From: Escherichia phage alia
Length of the DNA stretch: 64,000 nt
Sequence record: NC_052655.1
Direction: 5' to 3' (one strand)
In this document: piece by piece, positions 25,941 to 34,975 of the stretch
How the letters are laid out: each line of letters opens with the position of its first letter
How positions within the stretch are numbered: the stretch's first letter is position 1
The notes under the pieces: generated by a model
What the model saw: only the letters and a program-made list of their open reading frames with translations
Database searches by the model: none
What the model was told of the DNA's origin: nothing
Program-made: the position numbers and the translations under genes

Positions 25941-26258
25941 ATGAGAACCTTAGCTTTGTATATTGATCCTCACTCCATTCGAGAAATGCGAGATGTACAA
26001 CAGGATTATGAATTCTACCCAGAAATTTGTGAACGCTATGAAACTATTCTTAGTTCTGTAGAAGATCCAGATACTAGTGAAACAGGTGCTTCCCACTTAC
26101 TGTGGATGTTGAATGAAATTCAGGATGGGTGTAATGATATGTCTGAAACCAAACGCCATCGTTGGCTAGGCTATATTCAGGGTGTTATGGTTATGAAAAA
26201 CCTTATTACAGTGAACGATGAACGTAACGCTACACGCCCCGTCTTTAATGGAGCATAA
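25941..26258 (+). CDS. hypothetical protein
   Basis: Track ORF 105 aa; first gene of a tightly coupled block. Confidence 0.55.
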   Translation: MRTLALYIDPHSIREMRDVQQDYEFYPEICERYETILSSVEDPDTSETGASHLLWMLNEIQDGCNDMSETKRHRWLGYIQGVMVMKNLITVNDERNATRPVFNGA

Positions 26259-26259
26259 C

Positions 26260-26475
26260 ATGAAAAGCATTCAGGTGTGTATTGAAAATAATTGTGGTTA
26301 TCTGGGATTGACACACGTTGCTTTCCCTCTTATGTTAAATGCCGATATCGCTTACAGCGGAGTTGCTTATGTGTCATTCAAGACAATGAGCCAAGTACCT
26401 GGCTGGAAGTGGGAAGTAGTTGATGTTGTTGAAGGAGAAGACTATGTTTTCCTTCCACACGAATATACTGTTTAA
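26260..26475 (+). CDS. hypothetical protein
   Basis: Track ORF trimmed to Met15 with TGGAG RBS. Confidence 0.5.
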   Translation: MKSIQVCIENNCGYLGLTHVAFPLMLNADIAYSGVAYVSFKTMSQVPGWKWEVVDVVEGEDYVFLPHEYTV

Positions 26476-26490
26476 AGAGAGGAAAAGCAG

Positions 26491-26673
26491 ATGGATAAAC
26501 AAACTACTGTGTACTTAGTAACAAAGAATACCCTAGACTGGAACCAATGCAGCACTGTCCCTTACAAGATCTGTGCAACATTAGAACTAGCACAACGCGC
26601 AGAAGCAGAAGTGGATGCCATGCAAATGCAACACAGCTATGGTGAGATCATTCCTCTTACTCTTGAACAATAA
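26491..26673 (+). CDS. hypothetical small protein
   Basis: Track ORF 60 aa; GAGAGGAAAAG RBS. Confidence 0.5.
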   Translation: MDKQTTVYLVTKNTLDWNQCSTVPYKICATLELAQRAEAEVDAMQMQHSYGEIIPLTLEQ

Positions 26674-26684
26674 GGATTTGTGTA

Positions 26685-27137
26685 ATGTTTGAAATTGGTA
26701 AAGTGTATCGTTTTAAGAACCCATCTTATATCCGTAAGTTTGCTAACATGTCTGAGTGCAATAGCAGGATTGCTTCTTTTTTAGGTGATTCCTATTTTCG
26801 TGTATTAGATGTGGATGATTGGTATGGTGTCACTGCTTTGCAATCCTTAGCAGGAGAACAAGAAATTATCGCTCAAAATGAAGGAGACTTTCTTCAGTGT
26901 TACACGTTGCTTGCAAAAAGTGAGTTTGAGTATTTTGTAGAAGTCTTAGAGGAAGCACCAAAAAGTAAACACGAAGAGAAATACCTGCTTGTAGTGGATG
27001 GAGTTCCGATCATGGAAACCATCTCCCGTGAGGAAGTTGAAAAAGAGGCGAAACGTTACAAGCTGGATCGTACACAGAGTGTAGTTGAAATCTATTCTCT
27101 TATTGGTGTTGCAGATATTAGTGTGAACATCGTATAA
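26685..27137 (+). CDS. hypothetical protein
   Basis: Track ORF 150 aa. Confidence 0.55.
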   Translation: MFEIGKVYRFKNPSYIRKFANMSECNSRIASFLGDSYFRVLDVDDWYGVTALQSLAGEQEIIAQNEGDFLQCYTLLAKSEFEYFVEVLEEAPKSKHEEKYLLVVDGVPIMETISREEVEKEAKRYKLDRTQSVVEIYSLIGVADISVNIV

Positions 27138-27140
27138 TAT

Positions 27141-27353
27141 ATGTGTAATGACAGATACATTCTTCGTGTATCTGATAAGTCTCCTATGTTTGACTGGCGG
27201 GGCTGGTGGCTACTAGCTCCGATGCAAGGTCTGACAGACGTGGAAAAGGAGGCTTATGTGTATACAAAAGAAGAGATAGAAGATAGTCTTTATTTGACAG
27301 ATAACATTAAGAATGGTATCTTTGAGTGTAAATTGAAAGGAGAGGAAGAATGA
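27141..27353 (+). CDS. hypothetical small protein
   Basis: Track ORF 70 aa. Confidence 0.45.
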   Translation: MCNDRYILRVSDKSPMFDWRGWWLLAPMQGLTDVEKEAYVYTKEEIEDSLYLTDNIKNGIFECKLKGEEE

Positions 27354-27649
27354 CTGTTACAGAAAAACTGCGTTGTATTGCAAAGCAAAGTGGAGAAGGC
27401 TTATGGTTTCCTATTGATGAAGTTATTCAGGACTGTTATGATCAGGCTAAGACTGGCAAATATTCCAAAGCATTTAAACCATCTGTTTTCGGTTTGGATG
27501 ACTATCCGACAAATGAACAAGCAAAGAAACGCCAAGTTGATTTGATTGATCTTGCTATGGAAGCACTACGAGAGCGTGGACTTAGTAAGGTGTATGCTTT
27601 AAACACCAAAGAGGGTTTTGTAGATTCAGTGATCGTAGACTGGTATTAA
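27350..27649 (+). CDS. hypothetical protein
   Basis: Track ORF 99 aa; ATGA overlap; GGAGAGGAAG RBS. Confidence 0.55.
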   Translation: MTVTEKLRCIAKQSGEGLWFPIDEVIQDCYDQAKTGKYSKAFKPSVFGLDDYPTNEQAKKRQVDLIDLAMEALRERGLSKVYALNTKEGFVDSVIVDWY

Positions 27650-27658
27650 GGAGAAGTC

Positions 27659-28027
27659 ATGCAAGAAAATAATAAAGTGTGTAACATGAAAAGCAGCCCC
27701 TATTTGCTACAATTTTATGAGTGGTGGTTAGAACAAGAAGATACAAACTTTAGCAAAAAGCATTATGGTCTTTGCACGTGTCTTGTAGACTTCTTATACA
27801 ATATTGCTTGGATAAAAGATGTTGAGAGTGTATCAAAGCTCCAATCCTCTGTACGAGAGGAAATGAAGGAACAATTTAAGAAAGCGGGTTTGAACCATTT
27901 ACATCCGTTTAATACGGATTTCTCGCACTACTTTACGGAAACAGAGCTAGGCATTGCACACCTTAATAAAGAACGTGTACAATGGGTGATTGATCGTATT
28001 CGTGATATGGAGGAATACAATGGTTAA
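27659..28027 (+). CDS. hypothetical protein, paralog family 1
   Basis: Track ORF 122 aa; shares LQFY..W, LHPFN, ERV/IEWV..R motifs with 28937-29521. Confidence 0.55.
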   Translation: MQENNKVCNMKSSPYLLQFYEWWLEQEDTNFSKKHYGLCTCLVDFLYNIAWIKDVESVSKLQSSVREEMKEQFKKAGLNHLHPFNTDFSHYFTETELGIAHLNKERVQWVIDRIRDMEEYNG

Positions 28028-28229
28028 GTTTAAAACTTTCTGTGCAATCACTGTTTGTCTTATTCTTGCATACGTGTTATTCTCTGGTATCGTTCGTTTA
28101 GGTGAGTATATGGCAAGAGAAGCTCGTGAAAGTGCAGCTAAAAAAGAACAGTGTATTGTGTTCAAGCATCAAAGAGATGCTGAAAAATTTCTTGAACAGG
28201 ATTGTGGGCGCTATGTGAATTATAATTAG
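28020..28229 (+). CDS. small membrane protein, paralog family 2
   Basis: Track ORF trimmed to Met11; N-terminal TM helix; C-terminus KEQCIVFKHQRDAEKFLEQDCGRYVNY matches 32388-32612. Confidence 0.5.
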   Translation: MVKFKTFCAITVCLILAYVLFSGIVRLGEYMAREARESAAKKEQCIVFKHQRDAEKFLEQDCGRYVNYN

Positions 28230-28238
28230 GAGGGAGAT

Positions 28239-28487
28239 ATGTTAGATATTTTTACCTTTGATCGTGTTGGTACACCGATTACCGAAGAAGAACGTACCAA
28301 AATTGAACAAGAATTGGATGCTTTACGTGCGTCTCTTACAGACACAGCCTCACTACAACGTGAAGCTGCACATCTCACAGAGATCACTGGTATTCAGTGG
28401 AGCACGGAGTGGGTTGTAATTACAATTGAAGCGGATATTTGGGGACATGAAGAGACGCTACGTACCGGAGTAGTAACGATTTGGTGA
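28239..28487 (+). CDS. hypothetical protein
   Basis: Track ORF 82 aa; GGAGGGAGA RBS. Confidence 0.55.
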   Translation: MLDIFTFDRVGTPITEEERTKIEQELDALRASLTDTASLQREAAHLTEITGIQWSTEWVVITIEADIWGHEETLRTGVVTIW

Positions 28488-28533
28488 TAGATGTTATTCT
28501 TTTGTGTTTCTTGATATATAAATAGGAGGACTT

Positions 28534-28758
28534 ATGGTAAAACGTTTGGAATGGGATGCGTGTACTGCTCACGCTTGTCACTGCGATATTGTTGAAGATC
28601 CTAATGGAGAGATGGTGTATTATGAGGATTACGAAGCATTGCACAATGCTGTGATTGCTTTACTGGATGACATTAGCTCACGCTATCCAGGACAACAGTT
28701 TACGTGTCCACATATCCAACTATTAGCCAAACTTACGGAGTATCCAAGTGTTCCATAA
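28534..28758 (+). CDS. hypothetical protein, paralog family 3
   Basis: Track ORF 74 aa; CDIVEDPNGEMVYYEDYEAL resembles CDIVPDPEGDYVLLADYNKL in 33273-33536. Confidence 0.55.
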   Translation: MVKRLEWDACTAHACHCDIVEDPNGEMVYYEDYEALHNAVIALLDDISSRYPGQQFTCPHIQLLAKLTEYPSVP

Positions 28759-28759
28759 T

Positions 28760-28927
28760 ATGGGTGTCCCTGAACAACTGCTCTTTATTGTAGGATTAGT
28801 AGGCTTATTGGCGGCTGGCGCTAAAGCCGCTTCTCACACGCATCACATAATGTTAAGATTTCTATTCCTGCTCCCTTCTATCCTCGTACTACTAGTCATA
28901 CTGATCGATAACATTTTTCACAATTAA
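28760..28927 (+). CDS. small membrane protein (55 aa)
   Basis: Hand-called ORF MGVPEQLLFIVGLVGLLAAGAKAA..; two hydrophobic segments. Confidence 0.4.
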   Translation: MGVPEQLLFIVGLVGLLAAGAKAASHTHHIMLRFLFLLPSILVLLVILIDNIFHN

Positions 28928-28936
28928 GGAGAGGCT

Positions 28937-29521
28937 ATGAGTAAAATTATACCAAGCAGTTATGAATTATTGCAGTTTTATGTATATTACTTAGACTGGG
29001 TTAATAGATCGAATGTTAAAGACAATGCGATGTTTAGTAAAAACATCTGTTTAACAGAAAGTATCTTCCGTTATTGGCACACAGGCAGAAAGTGTACACA
29101 CAGTGAAGCTATGCGTATTGTAGGTGAATACCTGGAGCAATTGCAAAAAGCAGAACTTCCTGTCCTTCACCCATTCAATGAATCTAAAGAAGAATTAGAA
29201 CAAGAGTGTAGAGAAGGTAAGTGCCATTTGAATGAAAAACGTATCGAATGGGTGAGGCAACGTTTAGCCGATGCAGGAAAGACTCCTAGTGACTCTGACT
29301 ATACGTGGTATGATGTAGAGGGTTTAGTTCAAGGTTTTGAGGCTTGTGCTATAGATAATACAAACTTTGCCAAAGTTTTATGCGAGGCGTATGACCTGGC
29401 AGATAAAATCCGAAATCACGGATGGAAACAAGAGCATAAAGAATCATATGAACGCCTTGACAAGATTTTCAAACAGATCTATTCTAACCACAAGAAGATG
29501 TTCCAAATGGAGGATGTGTAA
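28937..29521 (+). CDS. hypothetical protein, paralog family 1
   Basis: Track ORF 194 aa; AAGGAGAGG RBS; paralog of 27659-28027. Confidence 0.55.
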   Translation: MSKIIPSSYELLQFYVYYLDWVNRSNVKDNAMFSKNICLTESIFRYWHTGRKCTHSEAMRIVGEYLEQLQKAELPVLHPFNESKEELEQECREGKCHLNEKRIEWVRQRLADAGKTPSDSDYTWYDVEGLVQGFEACAIDNTNFAKVLCEAYDLADKIRNHGWKQEHKESYERLDKIFKQIYSNHKKMFQMEDV

Positions 29522-29587
29522 TGAAAGAGATTATGTTTGAAGGGCATCGCATTGAATTGCTAAAACACGTTAAATAAGGAGAGTAAT

Positions 29588-29992
29588 ATGTGGTCTGTTA
29601 AAATCAAATATAATGCGCAGTATTATGGTGGAAAGCCTTACGAAGTTGTTATTTGTGACTGTATCTCTAAAGAAGTTGCACAGCTTTGTGGTGCTGGTGT
29701 TAGTGAAGCTATGAACAAAATGCATAACTCGACTGTGCGTTACCTGGATCAAGATATTCCAGAAGATGTAAATGACTATGCTTACGAAGTTATTTACAGT
29801 GAAGGTAAGAAGCTCTCTATTGAAGATGCACTTAAAGCACTACCTGTTATGTGCAGCCCAACACCAGAAGCAGTTAAAGAGATTTTACCAGAATCCAACC
29901 CCGATGAATATGCTTCTATGGTTGCTTCAGATATGTGGAATCTCTGTCGAGAAACTATGATTAAAAATCTTGTGGAAATGGCGCATGAGTAA
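29588..29992 (+). CDS. hypothetical protein
   Basis: Track ORF 134 aa; TAAGGAGAG RBS. Confidence 0.55.
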   Translation: MWSVKIKYNAQYYGGKPYEVVICDCISKEVAQLCGAGVSEAMNKMHNSTVRYLDQDIPEDVNDYAYEVIYSEGKKLSIEDALKALPVMCSPTPEAVKEILPESNPDEYASMVASDMWNLCRETMIKNLVEMAHE

Positions 29993-30203
29993 AACACACT
30001 TTATACATCCGTTTGATCCAAAGAACAAGGCGGTTATACACCGCCGTTGGACTGAAACGCGCATTACAAAATGTCCTGTGCCAGCAGCACAGGAATATAA
30101 CAAAACATATAAAGCAGAATTTGTGGAGTACACCTTTGTAAATAACAAAGGGAAGGAGGTTTATGTTCCAGAATACTGCCTTTGGATAAAATGGGAGGAA
30201 TAA
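29985..30203 (+). CDS. hypothetical protein
   Basis: Track ORF trimmed to Met6. Confidence 0.45.
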   Translation: MSKTHFIHPFDPKNKAVIHRRWTETRITKCPVPAAQEYNKTYKAEFVEYTFVNNKGKEVYVPEYCLWIKWEE

Positions 30204-30370
30204 TGCAAACATTTTTTATCGACAAGTTCAATAAAAGTATGAACACGTGGATGGCAACATTCACTATGCAATTTGCGTCATTTAAAGAAGCTCAAGAATG
30301 GTGCGATCAACACAAGGATTTTGATTTTTACTATCAAGTTAATGCAAACCTTTCTCCAGAGGAGAAATAA
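30203..30370 (+). CDS. hypothetical small protein
   Basis: Track ORF trimmed to Met8 with GGAGG RBS; TAATG overlap. Confidence 0.45.
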   Translation: MQTFFIDKFNKSMNTWMATFTMQFASFKEAQEWCDQHKDFDFYYQVNANLSPEEK

Positions 30371-30371
30371 T

Positions 30372-30716
30372 ATGTTAGCTGATATTGAAATCCTTATGTA
30401 CCGACAAGGTATGATCAAAATGTGGCTAGATTCTTTTAGCAACATATACTGCACAGTACGATCAGCAGACGAGCGTAAAACGCTTATTTTATCTGCTATT
30501 GTTGATAAACAACGTTTCTTCAAAGAAATTTTGCAAACAGGCTTCTCCGATGCAGGAGTAGAGATTGCAACGCTTAGTCTTGGAGTGCTGTCTTACTTGG
30601 AATCCGTTGTTTTATATGTCTTCTCTTTAGAAGAACACTTGCAATTTGAAGCATTAAAACTTATCTTAGATGCTGCAATTGACATAGAACAAAATCGAAT
30701 TGATTCTTTTGAATAA
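30372..30716 (+). CDS. hypothetical protein
   Basis: Track ORF trimmed to Met34 with GGAGAAATAAT RBS. Confidence 0.5.
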   Translation: MLADIEILMYRQGMIKMWLDSFSNIYCTVRSADERKTLILSAIVDKQRFFKEILQTGFSDAGVEIATLSLGVLSYLESVVLYVFSLEEHLQFEALKLILDAAIDIEQNRIDSFE

Positions 30717-30732
30717 AAATAAGGAGGAAACT

Positions 30733-31191
30733 ATGCAAGAGGTTAAACATTATCCACATGGTCGTAGTTTTGTAGCTGTATGGCATGTTCCTGCTCGTAA
30801 TGAACTATTTTGTGCATCTTTTCATTACAAAGATGGACAATATTTCACCTATGACGAAACGATGGATGATTTTATCCCAGAGTGCGATCATGGGTATACA
30901 CCAATGTTCTTTAAACGTATGAAAGCTCGTTTCTTCGTTACAGATGTTGATGGTGAACCTACTTGGCACATCGAAGAAGATTGGCAAGATTCTGTGGATA
31001 TTAAAGAAGCCCCAGAATGGGCTACATTACTGGTACACGTCAAAACCCCTACTCTTGACGTTATGGCGTGGGTTAATCATGATGATACCCATTACCAATA
31101 CATAAATGGTAGCACAGAGATTTCTGGTGAGATTATTGGTCGTTGGAAGCCTACGAATCAGGTTGCTATTGTCGGGTATAAGACAGTATAA
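30733..31191 (+). CDS. hypothetical protein
   Basis: Track ORF trimmed to Met12 with TAAGGAGGAAA RBS. Confidence 0.55.
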   Translation: MQEVKHYPHGRSFVAVWHVPARNELFCASFHYKDGQYFTYDETMDDFIPECDHGYTPMFFKRMKARFFVTDVDGEPTWHIEEDWQDSVDIKEAPEWATLLVHVKTPTLDVMAWVNHDDTHYQYINGSTEISGEIIGRWKPTNQVAIVGYKTV

Positions 31192-31192
31192 T

Positions 31193-31387
31193 ATGAAAAA
31201 TAATGTAGATTGGGATGATTTATCCGATTTTGAAAAATGGTTCTTAGGTAGTGGTTGTTATGCAGACGGGGATCTCGAAAGAGATCCTTCTGGAAACTAC
31301 ACTATGCCATTAACCCAAGGTTTTTATGAGTGCTGGTGCGCAGCACAAAACAACGTACTGAATAAGGAGACAACACAATGCAATTAA
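31193..31387 (+). CDS. hypothetical small protein
   Basis: Track ORF trimmed to Met30, 1 nt after upstream stop. Confidence 0.4.
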   Translation: MKNNVDWDDLSDFEKWFLGSGCYADGDLERDPSGNYTMPLTQGFYECWCAAQNNVLNKETTQCN

Positions 31388-31617
31388 ACATCGGACAACC
31401 AATTTTTGATGCAGATACTGGTCAATATGCAGTGATTGTTGCTCGTATGAGCGGTGATGACCTTATTGTTTCAGAACTACTCGGATCAGATCCGCAACTG
31501 CGCGTAGTATGTGACCTATATCTTCGAGACGAAAGTGATCGCATTGCACTGAAAGAAGATGGTATGCTCTACTACACCTGGACTAGAGATCCTGGAGTAA
31601 CGGAGGTAGAGGTATAA
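31378..31617 (+). CDS. hypothetical protein
   Basis: Track ORF 79 aa; AAGGAGA RBS. Confidence 0.5.
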   Translation: MQLNIGQPIFDADTGQYAVIVARMSGDDLIVSELLGSDPQLRVVCDLYLRDESDRIALKEDGMLYYTWTRDPGVTEVEV

Positions 31618-31916
31618 TGGTAAGGAATAGGGGTTTACATAAAAGAAGACACCTTACTTACTGGCATCGTAAAGTACATGAACCTGTATCAAAGAAAGAA
31701 TGGCAATATCTGCCTTATGGGAAGGAGCGAAGAAAGTATTTGTTAGCTCATTTAAGGGTACATGGTTCTCTTCCTGTTAACAGTAAGTGGCAATTGCAAA
31801 CAGCTTATGACGAAGATATGAAATATCTGTTAAAGAGAGGCATTATTTGCCTTGTTAAGATCGGACGATGGAAATCTCGTCAATCTTATATCGTACTTAA
31901 ACAGGAGAAACGATGA
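31617..31916 (+). CDS. hypothetical basic protein, possibly nucleic-acid binding
   Basis: Track ORF 99 aa, Arg/Lys/His rich. Confidence 0.5.
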   Translation: MVRNRGLHKRRHLTYWHRKVHEPVSKKEWQYLPYGKERRKYLLAHLRVHGSLPVNSKWQLQTAYDEDMKYLLKRGIICLVKIGRWKSRQSYIVLKQEKR

Positions 31917-32164
31917 ATATCAAAGATGTTGTAGCATACGTAGAAGATGAAGTTAAAAACCATACAAGTTTACTGAAAGTAATGGTTGTGGTTAAAGATG
32001 GTATTGGACAAGTAAACGTACAACATGTCTTATCTGACACTGTATATAATGTGTTTGAATGTAAAGAAACACCTCATGGAGTACGTGTGGTTTATATTGA
32101 TAACAATTTCAAAGAATGTGTGAGACATACCTTAGAAAATGAACTAAGGATCACAATCTTATGA
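31913..32164 (+). CDS. hypothetical protein
   Basis: Track ORF 83 aa; ATGA overlap. Confidence 0.5.
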   Translation: MNIKDVVAYVEDEVKNHTSLLKVMVVVKDGIGQVNVQHVLSDTVYNVFECKETPHGVRVVYIDNNFKECVRHTLENELRITIL

Positions 32165-32334
32165 GTTATTATGTTGTACCTTATGCCAATAAGTGGAGAG
32201 TAAGAGAAACTTGTTTTCTATTCTCCTGGTGGGCTACGTTCGGAGATGGTTGTGGAAATGATACAGGGAAGCCTGTAGAGTACGACACAAAAGAAGAATG
32301 TGAACAGTGGATAAAATTAACACAAAGATGTTGA
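32161..32334 (+). CDS. hypothetical small Cys-containing protein (57 aa)
   Basis: Hand-called ORF MSYYVVPYANKWRVRETCF..; ATGA overlap with upstream gene. Confidence 0.35.
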   Translation: MSYYVVPYANKWRVRETCFLFSWWATFGDGCGNDTGKPVEYDTKEECEQWIKLTQRC

Positions 32335-32359
32335 CACGATCTTAACTTCTTGTTAGTAT
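32331..32359 (+). promoter_or_regulatory. sigma70-type promoter
   Basis: TTGACA-17-TAGTAT, followed by GTTAGTA..TACTAAC inverted repeat. Confidence 0.4.
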
Positions 32360-32387
32360 CAATGTGTACTAACGATAAGGAGGGTTT

Positions 32388-32612
32388 ATGAAGTCTGTAA
32401 ACAAGTTGCAACAATTTTTGTTATCAACAGCAATCTTTTTGCTTTTGTTAATTGGTATTCTGTATGGTGCATCTAATTTGTACAATCTACATAATGATGT
32501 AGAACAGAACAAAGAGAAGTGCATCATTCTAAAACACAATAAACAAGCAGAAGATTTCTTAAAGAATAAGTGTTACAACTACATTGATTATGAGGAGACA
32601 AACAATGATTAA
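32388..32612 (+). CDS. small membrane protein, paralog family 2
   Basis: Track ORF 74 aa; TAAGGAGGG RBS; paralog of 28020-28229. Confidence 0.55.
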   Translation: MKSVNKLQQFLLSTAIFLLLLIGILYGASNLYNLHNDVEQNKEKCIILKHNKQAEDFLKNKCYNYIDYEETNND

Positions 32613-32847
32613 AGAATTAGGTATGCGAGTATACAGTGAGTGGACTCCAAGCAATGGCCCAGGAGTTGTTGCAGCTAAATGTATCAATGGTCGTATTGAG
32701 TACCTGGAAGGGTATGAAGATAATGAAGAGTTAGTAGATTATGCTAAATCTTTTATTGAAGATGATACAGACTTTATTGTATTATATGATACAGGAGAGT
32801 TAGAGTATGGATATGATGGAGATGGGGATATCTTTGAACTTCAATAA
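32605..32847 (+). CDS. hypothetical acidic protein
   Basis: Track ORF trimmed to Met8 with GAGGAG RBS. Confidence 0.5.
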   Translation: MIKELGMRVYSEWTPSNGPGVVAAKCINGRIEYLEGYEDNEELVDYAKSFIEDDTDFIVLYDTGELEYGYDGDGDIFELQ

Positions 32848-32927
32848 GAGTAGTAAGTAAGGTATAAAGAGTATATAGTTAGTTATAGAGTTAGTAACAT
32901 TACATATACTCTTTCCATGTATAACAT

Positions 32928-33000
32928 GGAATATTCTCTACCTCGCTATCGCTCGGTATATAAGATTAGGGTAGCATGTTTTTTACGAAAAGTAAAACTG
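32928..33000. repeat. copy 2 of the ~75-bp non-coding element seen at 5785-5860
   Basis: CTCGCTATCGCTCG..TTAGGGTAGCATGTTTTTTACGAAAAGTAAAACT. Confidence 0.5.
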
Positions 33001-33054
33001 TTTATACCGATTGATAGCAGGTTTTTAATAGATTTTATCTATGAGGAGTAGAAA

Positions 33055-33273
33055 GTGTACAAATTATATAAAGCAAAAGATAAGTTTACGGGTAATACAT
33101 CTGGTTTCTATGTAACACCACGTGGTGTTGCTGTGTTTGATTGGATCTCTGGTACGCCAGATCGTGAAATGATCTCTCTTGTAAAACTGTCAGAACAAGA
33201 TTATACTTACGGTGACATTACAACGTTCTATTCTCGTGCAGAAAATCCAAAACTAATTGCGGAGTGGGAATAA
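33055..33273 (+). CDS. hypothetical protein
   Basis: Track ORF 72 aa; GTG start 7 nt after GAGGAG. Confidence 0.45.
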   Translation: MYKLYKAKDKFTGNTSGFYVTPRGVAVFDWISGTPDREMISLVKLSEQDYTYGDITTFYSRAENPKLIAEWE

Positions 33274-33536
33274 TGGTTACACGATATGGCTTAGAGGTGT
33301 ACAGTCAAGGTGCTGCTGGTCAATGTGATATTGTACCAGATCCAGAAGGAGATTATGTTCTCCTTGCCGATTACAATAAGCTAGAAGAAAGACTTCTGGC
33401 TGTGTATGCTAAAGAGAACAAAACAATCTGTCCTTATTGCAGTGGCATGGGTTGGGTGGTTGCAGATGTTGGACAAATGTACGAATGTGTACCTTGTAAA
33501 ACCACAGGCTTTATTGAAAAGGATACTAACAAATGA
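33273..33536 (+). CDS. hypothetical Cys-containing protein, paralog family 3
   Basis: Track ORF trimmed to ATG overlapping upstream stop; CPYC..CVPC; paralog of 28534-28758. Confidence 0.5.
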   Translation: MVTRYGLEVYSQGAAGQCDIVPDPEGDYVLLADYNKLEERLLAVYAKENKTICPYCSGMGWVVADVGQMYECVPCKTTGFIEKDTNK

Positions 33537-33781
33537 CTGTAGCAGATAGAATGAGAGAACTAGCAGAAAACGCAGAACTTAACAAAGCAAAGGATAGTCT
33601 ACAAAATATCTACTCGTATATTGAGAGAGCAGCTAAAGATGGAGACAGAGAAGTTGCTATATACACGCTTTATCCAACTTTTGTAAAAGTTAACTTGGAT
33701 GCTGAAGGTTTTTCAACTTTTATTGATACAGAAACATCTCATTACGACGAAAACTTTACTCGAATAGTTATTCGATGGTAA
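33533..33781 (+). CDS. hypothetical protein
   Basis: Track ORF 82 aa; ATGA overlap. Confidence 0.5.
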   Translation: MTVADRMRELAENAELNKAKDSLQNIYSYIERAAKDGDREVAIYTLYPTFVKVNLDAEGFSTFIDTETSHYDENFTRIVIRW

Positions 33782-33886
33782 ATTTCTGACATTTATGCGC
33801 CCTGGCTACCTGGGCGTAATAAATTCAGCTTATATTTGATCCGCGCCTTCGGCGCTTAGGCAAAGCCACGCCACACAGGAGGGTTT

Positions 33887-34297
33887 ATGTTCAAATGGTT
33901 AAAAGGGTTTCTAACATCTTTGGCAGAACCTAAGCAAGATGTTATTAAAAGCTCTATCACAGGGAAACCGCTTGTTATAGTTACAGGCGGCTTTGGTCAT
34001 GGGTTTTCTCTTAAACAAACAGATATAGGCTTACAGGGGTGTCTGATTAGTTTTAGAATCACTCAATTAGGAGATAATAGACAAACAATCTTAGATCTTT
34101 TCAATGGGGAGTTTGATGATTATTTATCTAAGAGTGATAAAGAACGTCTGATCGAGCATATAAAACACCGCTATGAGCGTGGTGGTTACTATTTAGAGAC
34201 AAAACGTAATTCACAAGGTGATCTTGACATAGTTAGCATAGCGTGGGATAATGAATTTAAAACTAAACTTGGTAAACTTCTGGAGGAGTTATGGTAA
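33887..34297 (+). CDS. hypothetical protein
   Basis: Track ORF 136 aa; AGGAGGG RBS; two GC hairpins upstream. Confidence 0.55.
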   Translation: MFKWLKGFLTSLAEPKQDVIKSSITGKPLVIVTGGFGHGFSLKQTDIGLQGCLISFRITQLGDNRQTILDLFNGEFDDYLSKSDKERLIEHIKHRYERGGYYLETKRNSQGDLDIVSIAWDNEFKTKLGKLLEELW

Positions 34298-34473
34298 ATA
34301 TTAAAACAGGTGATATTGTACGTCTTGCCAGCGAAGAAATGTTAATGACTGTAATGGTATCTACTTACGATACTTGCGAAGTGGTGTGGTTTGATGTTAA
34401 TGAGCAACTACAGAAAGCTACATTTGATAAACGTATGCTTCGTAAAGTTGAAGAAGTGAAGGAGGAAGAATAA
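34291..34473 (+). CDS. hypothetical small protein
   Basis: Track ORF 60 aa. Confidence 0.45.
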   Translation: MVNIKTGDIVRLASEEMLMTVMVSTYDTCEVVWFDVNEQLQKATFDKRMLRKVEEVKEEE

Positions 34474-34474
34474 T

Positions 34475-34687
34475 ATGGGAATGTTGCTTCGTGTTTTTGT
34501 GTTTCTTATGTTCTGGATTATCGTTGGTAACGGTATTGTATTTTTGATTTTTCCTGAAGTGATGACAGGTAATGAAAATAAGGCAGTGCCTTACATTATG
34601 CTTATCGGTTACGGTATTGGTACACTTGGACTACTGTTTGCTGATTGGTTAATCAATACTTTGTTCTCTAAGTACAGGAACAACTAA
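34475..34687 (+). CDS. small membrane protein
   Basis: Track ORF 70 aa; two hydrophobic helices. Confidence 0.5.
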   Translation: MGMLLRVFVFLMFWIIVGNGIVFLIFPEVMTGNENKAVPYIMLIGYGIGTLGLLFADWLINTLFSKYRNN

Positions 34688-34688
34688 T

Positions 34689-34961
34689 ATGTCGGAAAAC
34701 TTACCTAATGTTTTCTTTTGTTTTGTAGATTGTGTTACACAAGAAATTATAGTTGACGAAGAAGGTATGTTTACTTATTTTGCATCTGAAGAAGAGGCAA
34801 AACTATCAGCTATGAAATGTATAAGCCAAATGTCAGTATCTGCTGTCAACAGGTTCGGTATTGCCCAGGTGTATAAAACAGTAACAGAGTTTACACCAGA
34901 TCGAAAACTAACTTTTCTTAACGTTCACTTTGTTTGTAAGTTTAGTGAACTACGACATTAA
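34689..34961 (+). CDS. hypothetical protein
   Basis: Track ORF 90 aa. Confidence 0.5.
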   Translation: MSENLPNVFFCFVDCVTQEIIVDEEGMFTYFASEEEAKLSAMKCISQMSVSAVNRFGIAQVYKTVTEFTPDRKLTFLNVHFVCKFSELRH

Positions 34962-34975
34962 AAGCAGGAGTAAAA

